Below, piece after piece: positions 13,115 through 26,625 of a DNA stretch of 64,000 bases. The position numbers and the translations under genes are program-made. Position 1 is the stretch's first letter. Every line of letters begins with the position of its first letter. A model generated the notes under the pieces. That model did not search any database. It was not told the origin of the DNA and was given only the letters and a program-made list of their open reading frames with translations. The stretch is from Octopus bimaculoides (lineage: Eukaryota): assembly GCF_001194135.2 (NCBI RefSeq), contig NC_068981.1:95283512-95347511 (forward strand), written 5' to 3'.

Positions 13115-13462
13115 AGAAGGGGTAGACTCAGGAAGACATGGGACTAGGTGGTGAAATGTGATCTTCAGTTATTGTACCTCACAGAAGCAATGGCATGTGA
13201 CCGAGACTGCTGGTGATTTGCTGTACTTGAGAAAACCTGTTAAGCTAAGTGAATTGTGGTCATTGCCAGTGACATGTAAAAGGCACCTATGCTGGTGACA
13301 TGTAAAAATACCCAGTACACTCTTTAAAGTGGCTGGTGTTAGGAAGAGTCGCTAGCTGTAGAAACCAAAGCAAACAGATGACTGGGGCCTGTGCAGATCT
13401 CCAGCTTACCAGTCCTAGTCACATTGTCTAACCCATGCCAGCATGGAAAGCAGATGTTAAAT
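13115..13462 (+). mobile_element. RTE 3' UTR fragment
   Basis: gtggctggtgttaggaagagtcgctagctgtagaaac ... acccatgccagcatggaaagcagatgttaaa. Confidence 0.8.
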
Positions 13463-13465
13463 TAT

Positions 13466-13637
13466 CACACACACACACACACACACAGCCTTCTCTCAGT
13501 TTACATCTACCAAATCCATTCACAAAACTTTAGGCATCCTCAGTCTAAAGTAGAAGACACTCAAGGTTCCACAGAGTGAAACTGAACCTGAAATCACATG
13601 GTTGTGGAGTGAACTTCTCAACAACACAGCCATGCCT
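13466..13637 (-). mobile_element. SINE family B, head half
   Basis: Homologous to the head half of the full copies at 30933-31391 and 38604-39007. Confidence 0.75.
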
Positions 13638-14666
13638 ACTCTCAAATAATGTAACCATGATTATGATAATATAACAAAGATTAATATACATATGTTTAGC
13701 TGTCTTCTTTTTTGTTTTTATATATAACTAAATGCATCTTATAGAAAGTATTAAGAAATTGTGATAAACATACCAATAAACTCATTAAAAGAATATTTTA
13801 ACTGATGCATATAATCACTCATTTGAATGCAATACTGTTACATAAATTTACTTATATAAATATGTGTGAGACGTGAATGTGTGTGAATGATAGTATGGAT
13901 GACAGTCAATTGTATACTGCTAGAAAATCAGCAGGGTGGGTTTTCAGTTATGTTGGCACTGGCACTGCATGTGTGTCCATGACCAATGAAGGTGGGATAG
14001 CTCCTGGTGTAAGCAATGTCTGTACTGTAAAACTGAGAGAGAGTCAGCTTGCATTGTTGATTTTAATTATCCTTGTATGAATATTATTTACAATAGACCA
14101 TTAATAGCTTCAGTAGGTTCTAGTAATTATTTGCTAAATGCATTAACCTATACATCCTTGTTTGGAAAAAGTGTGTGTTTGTGCATATATATACACCTAA
14201 AACTTCATGTGTAATATAAATTTCTTTTAATACTATCTAGATTTTTCTCACCTAAATCAAGATTTTAAAATTAATGTTGCATATTATGCTATTAGGTCGT
14301 TTTTCCCTTGCCCAGCTTACATTAAGAAAAATAAAACAATTCAATAAAACTTAGTTAATTTTTTTGATATATTACTATTGTATTGTCAATATATTTTTTT
14401 ATATATAAAATGAAATACTAAAATCTAATTTATTGAATTATATAATACTATCTGCTCTTATAGCAATTGTGCAACACTTTGTTGTACATAGTATTATAGA
14501 AATTTCTAAGACAATTTACACCCCAAATCAAAATACCTATTATGCAACTACTGTGTGTGTGTTTATATATATTATCCACAAAGTATAATATTAAATATCC
14601 ATCATGGCTGATCTTACCTCTTGAGTTTGTGTAAAGAATACAATGGAGTTTAGGTGACAATCTGAT

Positions 14667-15610
14667 TACTGTGAAAGAGTTACTTTGAACAGATTTAGAC
14701 TTCTTATTGCAATAATTTCATAACTTTTTTTTCAATCTTAACTAAATTTGTCTATGTTAGGGGGACTAAATAGGTAAACTGATATATGAAATAAAAATAA
14801 GTTGCAGTCAATATTTGATTGATTTTCTTATATAATTGTTGCTGTTCAAAGTAACCCCTGATTTGGGGTTACTTTGAACAGTAATGTTTTTTTTTACTTA
14901 TGTTCAAAATTACTCTTATTAATTGATTCAAACTACAAGTTGATCCTAAAAAAAAACAATATGGTTTAAAGAGTTAGACTTTGCAACAGAAAGAACTGAT
15001 TTTGGTTATCAAGCCATAATAAAAAAAGATAAATTTGGGGTTACGTCTCATTCATTCTAAGGGTGAAATTTTGTCCATAAATAAGAAAAACATTAAAAAT
15101 CTTAAATACCTAACTTATATTGGGCACTATTTGAACCGTAGTAGCAGCTTGCTTACTGCTGGAAACAGTGGTCAGGGTTACTTTGAATGCCGTTCAAAGT
15201 AACCCTGCTAGATAATCAAAGTGGTGGCGGGGGGGCATGTCATGTTATACAAGTTTTTACAAAGATACCAAAGTTATAAAAGCACTTCAATAGAAAATTA
15301 TTAGCTAGTTATATTAACATCATGTTTTAACAAAAGTTTGTATTTTTTATGCAAGAAATGCTTTAGCTACTGACAAAAGTATCTTGCAAAAATGTTTGTT
15401 TTGCTGGAATTTGAAGAGGTTGGCAAATTCTTTCTTTGAGCGGGTAATCAAAGTTATATTTATAAATTTTACTTTATGTATTGAAATTATACCATCATAT
15501 AAATATGATTCTAAAGTTTATCAACACATTTAAATAACTCTGTAAGAAATTTCAGTAATGAGCGATAAGAGGAAACAAATATTATATTTTGTTCAAAGTT
15601 ACCCCGGTGT
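14667..15610. mobile_element. Candidate non-autonomous DNA transposon (MITE) with repeated GGGGTTACTTTGAAC motif
   Basis: Motif near 14677 (degenerate), as hairpins at 14842-14881 and 15173-15207, and inverted at 15591-15608; no ORF. Termini and TSD not certain. Confidence 0.55.
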
Positions 15611-15678
15611 TCAAAGACTTAGCTGATATGAAAGGGAATATGGCAAAAAAAAAAAACCACACACACACACACACTCAC

Positions 15679-16320
15679 TATCTTTTGATATTAATACTGC
15701 TTCTGTTGCTAATATTTTTTAAATAAGTTATTAGTAACATCAGTGCCTGAAAAACCACTGAAATGTGGCTGTTATATTGCTACTGGACATCTTCCACTGA
15801 GGAGACTGAGCAGGTTGAAATCACATGATCTGGCAGTTCTGCTCGTAGCAGATGACTCTTATTTGACAGTGATATAAATATAAATGATTTTATATACCAT
15901 GGACTTGTATGAGAGGTTCACTCATGGTAAATAATGCAGAATTTTATGTTTCTAATATAACATCGACGTTAAGTTGGACATAAAGATTGTCTTTTGGTAT
16001 TAATACTACTTCTGTTGCTATCAATTATTTTTTAATAAGTCTGCTGGAGCTTTGTAACATCGGTGCCTGAAAAGACACTGAAATTTTATATACCATTGAT
16101 AGTGAGATTCAGCTGTTATGCTGCTACTGGATGTCTACCACTGAGGAGACTAGGCAGGTTGAAATCATGTGCTCTGTCAGTTCTGGTGCCCATAGCAAAC
16201 GATTCTTACCTGCCAACAATATGCATGCTTTTATGCACCATACATCCATATGAGAGGTCCTCTCAAAATAATATAGTATTCAGTGTTCTAACAAAATATC
16301 CTTGTTAAATTTGGTCATAT
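15679..16320. repeat. Diverged tandem duplication, two ~310-330-bp units
   Basis: Units start at 15679 and 15988; share tcttttg(a/g)tattaatact..ttctgttgcta, taacatc.gtgcctgaaaa, ccactgaggagact, gcaggttgaaatca and atgagaggt in the same order. Confidence 0.85.
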
Positions 16321-16382
16321 GTATAATGTACGTATATGTAGTAGTAATAATTTGTTAAATTGCTTAATTTTTCCTACAATAG

Positions 16383-16486
16383 AGGAAGTATTTCATGAAG
16401 AGTTTGATGATAGGCACAATTCTCCTGGCTCAACCTCATCAGAAGCTGAGCCTTTACCTGAAGAAGAATTAGTGATAAAACCATAT
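16383..16486 (+). CDS. PNPLA6/PNPLA7: NTE/sws exon G (acidic tail)
   Basis: ttcctacaatag|AG ... TAT|gtaagt. Phase 1 fits exon F; open frame EEVFHEEFDDRHNSPGSTSSEAEPLPEEELVIKPY. Supported by phase and composition, not by recognisable homology. Confidence 0.78.
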
Positions 16487-17079
16487 GTAAGTTGACTTTG
16501 TTTTCCCTATTGAAAATTTACTTAATTTTTTTAATGATTTTTAGCTCTGTTATGACTTTATAACGTAGATATCTTAGAGATATATGAGTAATCAGCAGAT
16601 TTAGACATTGAAATTGGAAGAAAAAATAAAAAAGAATAAAAAAGAGAGAAATTATATAAGCTTAATTGGAATCTGTAATGATATGGATTGAACTTCCTGA
16701 GCTTGAGATGACTGCCTGTAAAATTTTGTTGACATTGCTTTAAATGTAAAATAGAGAATTCAGAAAAAAGAAACATCATTTTCAACAGCATCTTCTAGTG
16801 GAATTAGAATTGTCAAATAGTAAATACAGACAGCTTACAAAGTGGAATAAGTTAGTTAGCTGTGAGGTCTGATTTCAGGCAAGATTCTCCATCGGAACAA
16901 TAAGAAATTACTAGCAAAAATAAATAATATGGAGCAATTGAAGGTTAATTTTCTTTATTCATATTTAAAATATGTTCATTTTGATTGCAAAAGTTATGGT
17001 AATGATTGTCAGTGTCTTGCATGTATTTAATTTGTTTTAATAATCATCAATTTGTGGTACTCTTATTTTCTCTCCGCAG

Positions 17080-17130
17080 AATCCAGTAAGGCAAAGAACT
17101 TCACATGTAAATAAAAAGTCTTCCACTTAA
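17080..17130 (+). CDS. PNPLA6/PNPLA7: NTE/sws terminal coding exon H
   Basis: Strong acceptor ttattttctctccgcag|AAT, phase 0. Encodes NPVRQRTSHVNKKSST then TAA at 17128-17130. Confidence 0.72.
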   Translation, partial: NPVRQRTSHVNKKSST

Positions 17131-17973
17131 CATGCTGCCCAATTTCCAATGAAGTTATCAGAAAAAAAAAAAGCCAAAAAAAAAAAAACCGAAACAAAAC
17201 AAACAAACAAAAACAGCCTGATGTTTGAGCAGATGGATGCTGTTTATTTTCTATTGTAAATTGATTTCACCAATATGTCGACATTGTCCTATCTAGAGCA
17301 GAATTAATGGTGCAGATTATGGCTTAGGAATTCTCAGAAAGTGTACTCAAACTTTGAGATTTACAGAGAAATGATGGGTGCTTCTTTTCTATATCTGGTG
17401 GAATAATCTTCACAAATTTTGAGAGATAAGTGTATTTTGACAATAAAAACTGCAGATATACATTTTTTTCTTTCAAAGATTCATTTGAGAGTTGACTGGA
17501 GTGGATGAGTCAGAAAAAAAGTTTATAACTGAACTGTAGTTAACCATGGTTATAGTTAATACAAAAGGAAAATTGAATGAAATTAGATATATTTACAAAC
17601 CTGCACAACTTCAAAAATTGAAATTTAAAAAGAGAAAAAGCTTGGAATCATAAATAATATTTGGAAGGACAATGTGTGTTCCAGAAAGTTCAGAGTTTAG
17701 ACACTTAGATTTGTTGTACTTGTCAACTGTGGGTGTTATGATCCTCCTCTCCTTCCTCTGTCAATATAAGCAGTTTTCTTTTGAGTAGAAGATTGTTGTT
17801 TGCTTGAAGCATTGCAAAATGTACAGAAAATCAGTATGTTATAGGTGATAGCAATGTACACAGAATATTAAATATAGACAATACCAATTTAGAACCATTA
17901 CCTGAGAAATATTTAATTAGTACTGATATTTCTAGTTAAAAAATCTGTCTTAGGCTTTCAAGAACAAGAGCTA

Positions 17974-18019
17974 TGTGAGTGGATTTGTTAGACAGAAACT
18001 GAAAGAAGCCCATTGTATG

Positions 18020-18057
<38 letters not shown>

Positions 18058-18165
18058 TGTATTTGTCCACCGCCACCACTTGACAACCAGTGTTGTGTTT
18101 ATGTCCCTGTAACTTAACAGTTCACCAAAAGAGACTGATTGATAAGTACCAAACTTAAAAAAAAG
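17974..18165 (+). mobile_element. SINE family B fragment with central (AT)n
   Basis: tgtgagtggatttgttagacagaaactgaaagaagcccat followed by (AT)n and the tail-half motifs. Confidence 0.8.
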
Positions 18166-19420
18166 GATATAAATTACTTGTCCATTTGTTGGCATTTTCA
18201 ATGCTTGTATGTGATCTCCTCATTACCACATATTTAAAGATGTAGAAATTTAGGGTTGTGCTTTGTGTTTCATGGTCTAAATGTCAGTGTGGGGTGACAT
18301 ATGCATGGAGAAATTGGGTTAAATATTATGAATTATGATATTCATATAATTTATTGGCACTGATTCATTTCAAGCCAATTGTTAAATCTACCCACAGCTC
18401 TATTTTTCTCTCAGGACTAACAAAATATTTATGAGGTAGTATTTCAGTATCCTTATTAGGATTGTTTTTGATATTTAATGTTCTATCTGTATTTCTATTG
18501 TCTACTACGGCACACTGATTTTCTTTAGAGTACTTTGATACAGGCATATATATGTGTGAGAGAGAGAGAGAAATTCATAGTCTTCAAGTTAGATAACCCT
18601 TTGCTATGTTGTCCCTGCATATTTAAACCTTCTTTGATCCTTTGCTAATAACCTCAATGTCATTTTTCATCCTTTTCTGAATAATCTTCAACATTCGTTT
18701 CATATATGCAGATATCAATGTAATTGCTATATCCATGCACTTCTGCTGGTGTGAGGATCAAGGAAAATGTGGAATGTCTCTGTCCTCCTAGATTTTAATT
18801 TCTTATTTTTTGACACAGCCTGTGTATATTTTTTTTACAGTTGTCTTCATTTCCTTGTCAAATACATTTGGTTATCTTCATAATTTTTAATTGAATTCAC
18901 TAAAAAAATTCTAGTGTTCTTTGAGTGACCAAAATGAAATAATTACTCTGAAGAATTTGCACTTCTTACAGTAAAAATTTATTTCTTCTAGTTCCAATCT
19001 TGCAAGTTTTTGCATGATTTCTTTAATGTTTCAGGAAAATATATTTTTGTCTAGTGTTTGATTGTGACACATGGTGTGATATCACAAGTTATTGTTCATG
19101 TGACAGGACCTGATGTTATTGTTTTCTGTTGCTCACCACTTGAATGAGTTTGACAACTGTGTTCCTTTGTTCAATTGTTTGTTCATATTATGTCCATTTT
19201 TCCATGCTTGCTTGGATTGGATGAATATGTGTTTTGAGGTATTGTTTTTACAGCTGAATTTCTTTTCCACCACTAACTCTTATCTACTTTTTTGAGTAAG
19301 GAATCTCTTATTTAACATAGTTTTGAAGGCTCAAAGTGCCCTGATGATTTGTTAGTAGAGGAAACTGACAACCACATTGCTCACTGTACCATACAAGTGA
19401 TCACAGATTATAAAGTAAAA

Positions 19421-19596
19421 CATACACACACACGAGTTTACTCGATGGTCATCTTTCAGTTTCTGTCTATCAAATCGACTCACAAGGTCATCCTGGGGCT
19501 ATTGTGGAAAACGCTTGCCGAAGGTACTGCTCATTGAGACTGAACCTAGAAACGCGTGGTTGGGAAGTAAACTTCTCTATCACACAGCTATTCCCA
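19421..19596 (-). mobile_element. SINE family B head half
   Basis: Reverse complement of the SINE B head and core. Confidence 0.72.
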
Positions 19597-22500
19597 TAAA
19601 TTTATTTTAATGTTGTTGGATATCACTATCCTCAGAGTTGCACAGCGATAAGTAATTAAGTACTTAAGTAGCTAATCACTTAGCAATTTAAATATCTCGT
19701 GCTTTTGTTTGAGATACAAAATATGTGGCTGTTGGTCTGCCGAAATTTGTTTTTTGATTTATCTAATATTCCTTTATTAATGACAACATTCCATTTTTGT
19801 GTTCTTTCCTTAAATTTAGCATAAACATGTGGCTGTTAATAGTTGTTGAAGCTTTAGTTGTATTTAATAGGTCAAGTCATGTAGAAATTTCCTTGCCAGC
19901 TCAATTTTCCCCTTAATGCAGAAGAGGCTGGTATTTTATATAAACATTTAGTGTTTGAGTTGTTCATCCTCAGGCCAACCCTAATTGAACAGCTCAAAGG
20001 TATTTCAGCTGTGACTATCCTGTCCTTTAAGGGAAATACAAGGACTGTTTTATCCAATTTGCCCTTCCATTTTTAAAGACAGTGGGTGTTGAGGTGTGTG
20101 GGTGGGTCAGGAGTGACTGCTATTTCTAACAAATCAAGTGACTGCATCAATACTACCTCATTAGCTCATATCTGAGTAACCAACCTACAAGTTAAGTAGT
20201 TGGAGTGATGTCCTTTATTAACACACAGTTTGAAAGTATATTAAAACATTTCCCTTTTTCAAATATTTTATATCTTGTAAGGATGTTTCTCTCATATAAG
20301 ATTGCCAAAGTTTGATTCCCAGTGTTACCCATCCTTTGATTTCATAGTTATTCTTGCTCGTTTCTTTGGCTTGCAAATTATCCCCTTTCCCACTTATTGG
20401 TCAGAAGGCAGATTTCTGTTGTGTTGGTTAAAAAAAGAAAAAAAGTACTGTTGCTTTTTACTGTATTTCCTTCTCGCTGTCACTCAGTCGAGTCAGTTAG
20501 ACTGAAATTGGTAGAGTTATGTCCCTTGCTCTGAAATGCAGTATTGACTGCGGTAAGGTTTGAGCTCGCAATATTTCAGCTCCTCAATCTCAAAAATGTA
20601 TAAATTTGTTACTACTATAATATTATTGAATAACTACTACTATAATATTTGTGATAGTGTTTGTCATTTAGTAAATTGTAGAGCGTAAATACCATTTTTT
20701 TGTTTGTTTGATTTTTTACATTTAATGAATTTTAGCTTTCAGAAATGTTTTCACAAGAAGCTGGAGAATATATTTTTGGTACACATTTCAAAATTTTAAA
20801 TGAGCTTTGAATGATTGGTTTTTGGTAATAAGTAATTCTTAATTATATTTCCATATTCATTTGTTAAATATATTAATGATTATTTAATTTTATGTGTCTC
20901 AGTTAACCTTATTGTTAAGAATAGCAATCCACTTTTGTGAGAACATTCTTATATTTTGTGCCTTTTTGAAGAGGCTAATAAGAATCTTTTCTGCATCACT
21001 CTTCTCTAGATCCTACCCCTGCTTCATGATCAGGATCCATCTTTTTATTGATCCCGCCCACACACACATTCATTGGGAAATATAGGTGTAAAGGATAGTA
21101 TGATATTTTACTTTGATGGCTCCACTAAACTACTAAATGATATACTAAGAGGTATATCATTTAGTAGTACATGTTAAAGTTAGAAAAATTTATGGCTCTG
21201 TAGTTTAGAAGTTTGCCTTGCAATAATGTGATCCCACAATGTGATACCTTGGGCATATGTTCTACTAAGCTTTTAGGTTGGCTGAAACATCGAGTGACAT
21301 TTGAAAGAGTAGAACTATGCAATTTGTTAGATGTGTGTGTGTTTAGCATGGAATGTTAATTTGTGTCAAACAAAATTACTTTGGGGTCTTTGATTCCATC
21401 TTGGTTACTTCCCTTTATTCTCAGATTGACTTTGCCATTCTACCTATGTGGTTCTTAAAATAAGTATCATACAAAGTTTATTGATGCAATAAACTAAAAC
21501 CCTTGAAGGCAGTAACTTGCATGACTGCAACTGAATAATTGAAATCAGTAACAATATTTCTGAAAGGTATCTACTCTCTGATACTGATGTAATATTACAT
21601 TCTGAGGTGCAGTGCCATTACAGTTTTTTCTTGCAATAGGAATACAGACTCTAAGATTTTATCAAGATTATCCTAATTCCATTTATTTGTAGTGTGATCT
21701 TTACATTTCTTTCAAAGTCTACCCTACAAATTTACTGGAATATCAAAAGGCAGTGTTCTTTTAATGATTTCTTTACCTATGAAAACAAAGAAGATGGTGT
21801 CATTTGTCCTGGTTTTGTAAGAATATATCTATGTATATGCGCACCGACAGAAAAAATTCATTCTAATCCAATTTGGCTGTGCTCTGGTGTGATGTGATTC
21901 TGGACATAAATGTAACAGATCACATTTTTGGTGATATTTTACTTGTATCGGGAGTCTGTCGTCTTTTATTGCAGAATAACTTTCACTTAATGGTAATGTT
22001 CTTCTTTGTGATATTCAACCAAGAATTTTGGCTATCATCTCTACTTTGGGAATAATATGCAGTAAGATGAGGTTGAATGTGTTTGGTATTCTGTTTCGTT
22101 TTTACATGGATGGGTGATTTTGCATAATTAAAGGAAATGTTTTTACATAATACCTTTTGCACTCTACCATGAAGATCAAATTGAACCCGTTGTCAGTCAG
22201 AAAACTAATGCAGGGTTATTTGCATTTCATGGGTTGCAATACATTAGATGTAGTAAGGTTTGAACTCATGACCATGTAATCAATAGTGGTATTCCTGTCT
22301 TTTGTTTACATGTATTATTTTGAAGAAACTGTTTGAATTGGGAATCGTTATGCGTTTCCTCAAGATACTAGATGGCTGGATTGTTGGAGTATCAAACAGA
22401 ATAATTTGTAGTCTGTCTTAGCTCTTTACATTTTGAATTTAAATCCTGTTGAAGTCAACTTTGCCTTTCTTCCTCTTGTAGTTGATAAAATAAAGAACCA

Positions 22501-25500
22501 GTCAATGATGATGACTAACTCCTCGCCCTCAAATTTCAGGCCTTGTATTGTGTCTATGCTAGAAACAGTAATATATTTCCTAGTTATAATTACAAGATTA
22601 AATTAACCAATCTTATTACATTTACCATAATGCTTATGCCATTGCTTCACTCTTAAGATCAAAGACAAATAACATTTTTGCATTGGGAATGCACTTTCTC
22701 CTCATAGCACACAATGCTATTTTTCTTTTCTTTTTAAATTTCATATTTGAGCCTTCTTGCCTCTATCCTGTGAAAGAGAGCTATTGGATGTCTTCATGGT
22801 TCATTTGATTCTTATTTAAAGAAACCTTTGTGTTTTATGTTTCTAGGTTTCATAATTATAATTTCATCATTTTTATTAAGGTGTCAATAAAACTGAGATA
22901 AATGGTATAGTCATAATGGATAAAACATGATTAGTATATGTTTTAATGTTATTAGCTTCTTAATCTTTGTATTCTAATTCGTTTTCCTCCTGCAGTCATG
23001 TGTTATCTCTTTATGTCTAATAACTATGTTCGAGTCTCCTGACAATGGATAAAGCATGATTGTTTTATGTAAAGTAACATTCTTTACAGATTCCTAAAAT
23101 CCTAAAGAATATGAAAATATTTTGATTGGTGATAAGCTTTGCATCACGTTTGATTAGTTCTGAAAACATGTTTGGTCATCAAGAGATGGCAAATGTTTTA
23201 TATTTTCTTTTTTGTGATGTTATAATATAAACTGAAAGAGTGAAAATAGTGAACTTGGCTAATATAATTATTGGTAATAATTTTAATTTTCTTTCATTTG
23301 TGTAGCCATCAGAATTATTTGATTGAAATTTTAATAGAAAACATCCTCACCATTTAACATCCTTACATGCATGTGAACGTTTCACATTTTGTTTCCATAC
23401 TGTCATGGTTGGAATTATTTGTCCATTTCAAGTATCTAACATTTTTACTAGATCTTGCTTCAATTGAGTTAGTCCTTTTAACTATATTATTCTTTTGCCT
23501 AAATTAAGATGTTATTTGTTGTAATTGGATGACAGCCAACACTGCCTGCATCACCTGCCTGCCACCCATAACAGCTTCAGCTCTACAGATTCCCAAGGAG
23601 TCTCTGATTCTTCCAGTTCTGGGTTTTCTATGCTATAACATTTCCACATATAGTGATAATTAAGCTAATGTTTTAAGGTGACCCATACCTCTCATACATT
23701 TGTTGAGATACCATCTCTAGAAGGGTTACCAGCCAAATCGTAAGAGGCCCTCCTCTCTGAGACAGACTGCTGTACACCAACTTAATATTTGTTATTGAAC
23801 AATTATATTTACTGTTAGCTGCCATTTCTATTGTTAATCAATTAGCTATTATGTGAAATCTGTTGAATATTCACAAACTGATGTAAGCAGTTATTTTTTA
23901 ACCCTGCCTCGTGGTATGTAAGATGGCTTTTGTATTAACATTTCAATAAAATGTTTTCAGCCAAAAATCAAAGTAAATCTTCAGTAAATTTTATATGATA
24001 AAAAACAAACAAAAAAAAATAGTGTCTCATGTCTGTGAGAAAGGTCAAAATTGGCAGATGTATCACAGGTTTATTTTGTGGTAAGGTTACAAGAGATGAT
24101 GGTGGTCAGTCACCAAAACATTAGCCATTTGTTTGTGTGTGTGAATAACATATATATAATATGAAAATAAAACACTTTTGATAAAATCTGAATTGATCAT
24201 TCAGTTGTTTATAGATGAAGGCAAGTGTCCTGATGTGGCTTACTGATCTTTGTGAGCTTAAGACACAGCATTGTTTCAAATCTTCATTTCTTGTTGAATT
24301 GTTTTGTTTCCCCATATACCCCCTATTGTTCAAAATTCACTGTTTCTCCTTGCACAAAGCTAGCAGAATTTATCAACCGTAGATTGATATCTCTTATTAG
24401 GAAATGTCAAGTAAATGACTTTATTTGATGAGATGGATATCTTAGGATTGATATAAATAAATGTGCAGTCTTTTCAATATTTTTTTGAAATAAAGGTAAA
24501 CAAAACAAAGACTTGTGCCTACTGAACTTCTTTCTTATAACTTCCTACATATTCTGTGGAAAATTATTTGACTGCATATTAACATTTTTTCCATAACACA
24601 TTAATACACAACATATACTCCACAGAAGCTGAAGGCAGGAAAAGCATGCATGTACATCATTCTCATGTTCTTCCTTCCCTATAAATTTGAAATTTTGTGC
24701 CTAATCATATAAGATCAATATTCATGTTACATACTATTTTTATTTTCTATTTGTATGTTGATAAAGATACCATGGTTAACTCTTTCTTTTTTGCCATTCA
24801 ACTCTACCATCAACTTTACTAAATGCTTTATACCTACAATTCCACTTACAAAACCTTTCACTAATAACTAGTACTGTTTACTTTTCACTGGTTCTACTCA
24901 CTTCCTCAGTTGACAAATTCATAAAATCTTATAGCTGAACACTACTAGACCCAAATATCCAGTTGTATTTAAATTGTTACCCCATGTAATGCTTCCTTTT
25001 TGGAAGGATATCCTAACTCTGCCAATAGGAATTCTTTTATGCAGCTATATGCCATAATCCCTTAGGTTATTTTGGTTCCTTTACTACTCAGTTACTGCTA
25101 CATTATAATTCATGTTTTACAGAGGTATTGATAAACAAGTCTGAATGATTTATTTCATGAGTAAAGTGTTCAGAACCACTGAATAGCTATTTTTTTTGTT
25201 TCATGCATATCGCAAATACTCTCTTACTCTTTATCTCTCTTTCTATCTGTTGGATGTCTGAAATGCAGGAAAATAAATAAGATATTAAACTAAGATGGTT
25301 AACACTCTTAGTGTCAATATTTTGAATTTCACTTTTGAAACTTTATATAGATATAAGCAAATAGATTTCCAAATTCATCATTTTCCTTTTCCTCAATTTA
25401 TCTTGATGTGGCTTGTCATTAAGTTTCCTTTTTGTGTATGTATGTGTGTGTGTGTTTTGTTTTTTATTTTATTTCTATAATCTATATTTGTGTTTACTTG

Positions 25501-26439
25501 CCTGAAAGGCAAAAAAAAAAAAAAAATTATTATTTTACACTTGAAATTTTATTCTGTAATATTGAGTTAATTTGAACTAATTATTCCTGAATTTCCTATA
25601 TTTCCTATAATTTGATATCTGCTTTAAAGACTTTCACATTCCCTTTTAATATAGTAGTGTGTTTGTGAGCATATATTATGTCTGAGCAGATAACATTGTT
25701 TGTAATCAACACTCCAAAAGAATAACTATCTTCCATAAAAAAAAAACAAACAAACGACCCAAATAATACATGATTTTGTATGTTTTATATAAAACCATAT
25801 ATTGTTGGTTTTATAGATGTGGGTAGACCTATTAAAGGTATTTTAACAGTAACGATTCCATCTTTTCATGTATTGGGGACTATATTTTTGAATGTATCTT
25901 TAAGATTGTAGGATATGATTTGAGGGAGATTTAGTTGCTATTTCTTGTAAGTCATGTTTATCACATGGTGGCTTCCCCCAAGTTTATTCTACAGCTGGAG
26001 TTTTCTGTTCTTATACTGACAATCAGAGGTTGTGATACAGTTGTCCTGACTGTTTTTTATCTCTTCATTTAGTGTTTTCACTTTCACTCAGTGTGAAAGC
26101 AGCAATTAATTACCAGTTCTATGAACCTGTGAAGTTCATAGTAAGATTAACTCTATTATAGATTACCAGCCTACATGCAAAATTTTATCTTTCCTCATCC
26201 ACAGTGGTCCTCAGTTATTTTGACTCAAACATTCCCATTTGATTTTGTAAAATCAAGCCCTTTCCCTGTCCCCTCAACCTCACATTGCACTTATTTAAGT
26301 ATACTACTTTTGGCATCTTCATTTTAAGGAAATATTCGTTGCTTATTAAGGTGCCATAAGAACAATAATGGTAAATTCTAATTTATATAAATTTTAATTG
26401 GGTTGGAGAAAATCACATCTTAATATAAATCTGAAGAAA

Positions 26440-26625
26440 GGTGGTGAGCTGGCAGAATTAACACCGGTCTTTATGTGCTGGATTCAAATGCCACTGGGGT
26501 TGACTTGACCTTTCACCCTTTTGGAGTTATTAAATAAGCACTAGTTGAGCACTGGGATTGAGCTAATCAATTTAGCCCTTCCCCCAAACTTTCTGGCCTT
26601 GTGCCAAAATTTTAGACCAATATAA
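26440..26625 (+). mobile_element. SINE family A
   Basis: ggtgagctggcagaa head, core, and ggccttgtgccaaaattt tail. Confidence 0.8.

Noticed and set aside
670-17130. A-to-I recoding sites in the NTE exons
   Set aside because: Cannot be seen from genomic DNA alone; needs matched RNA.
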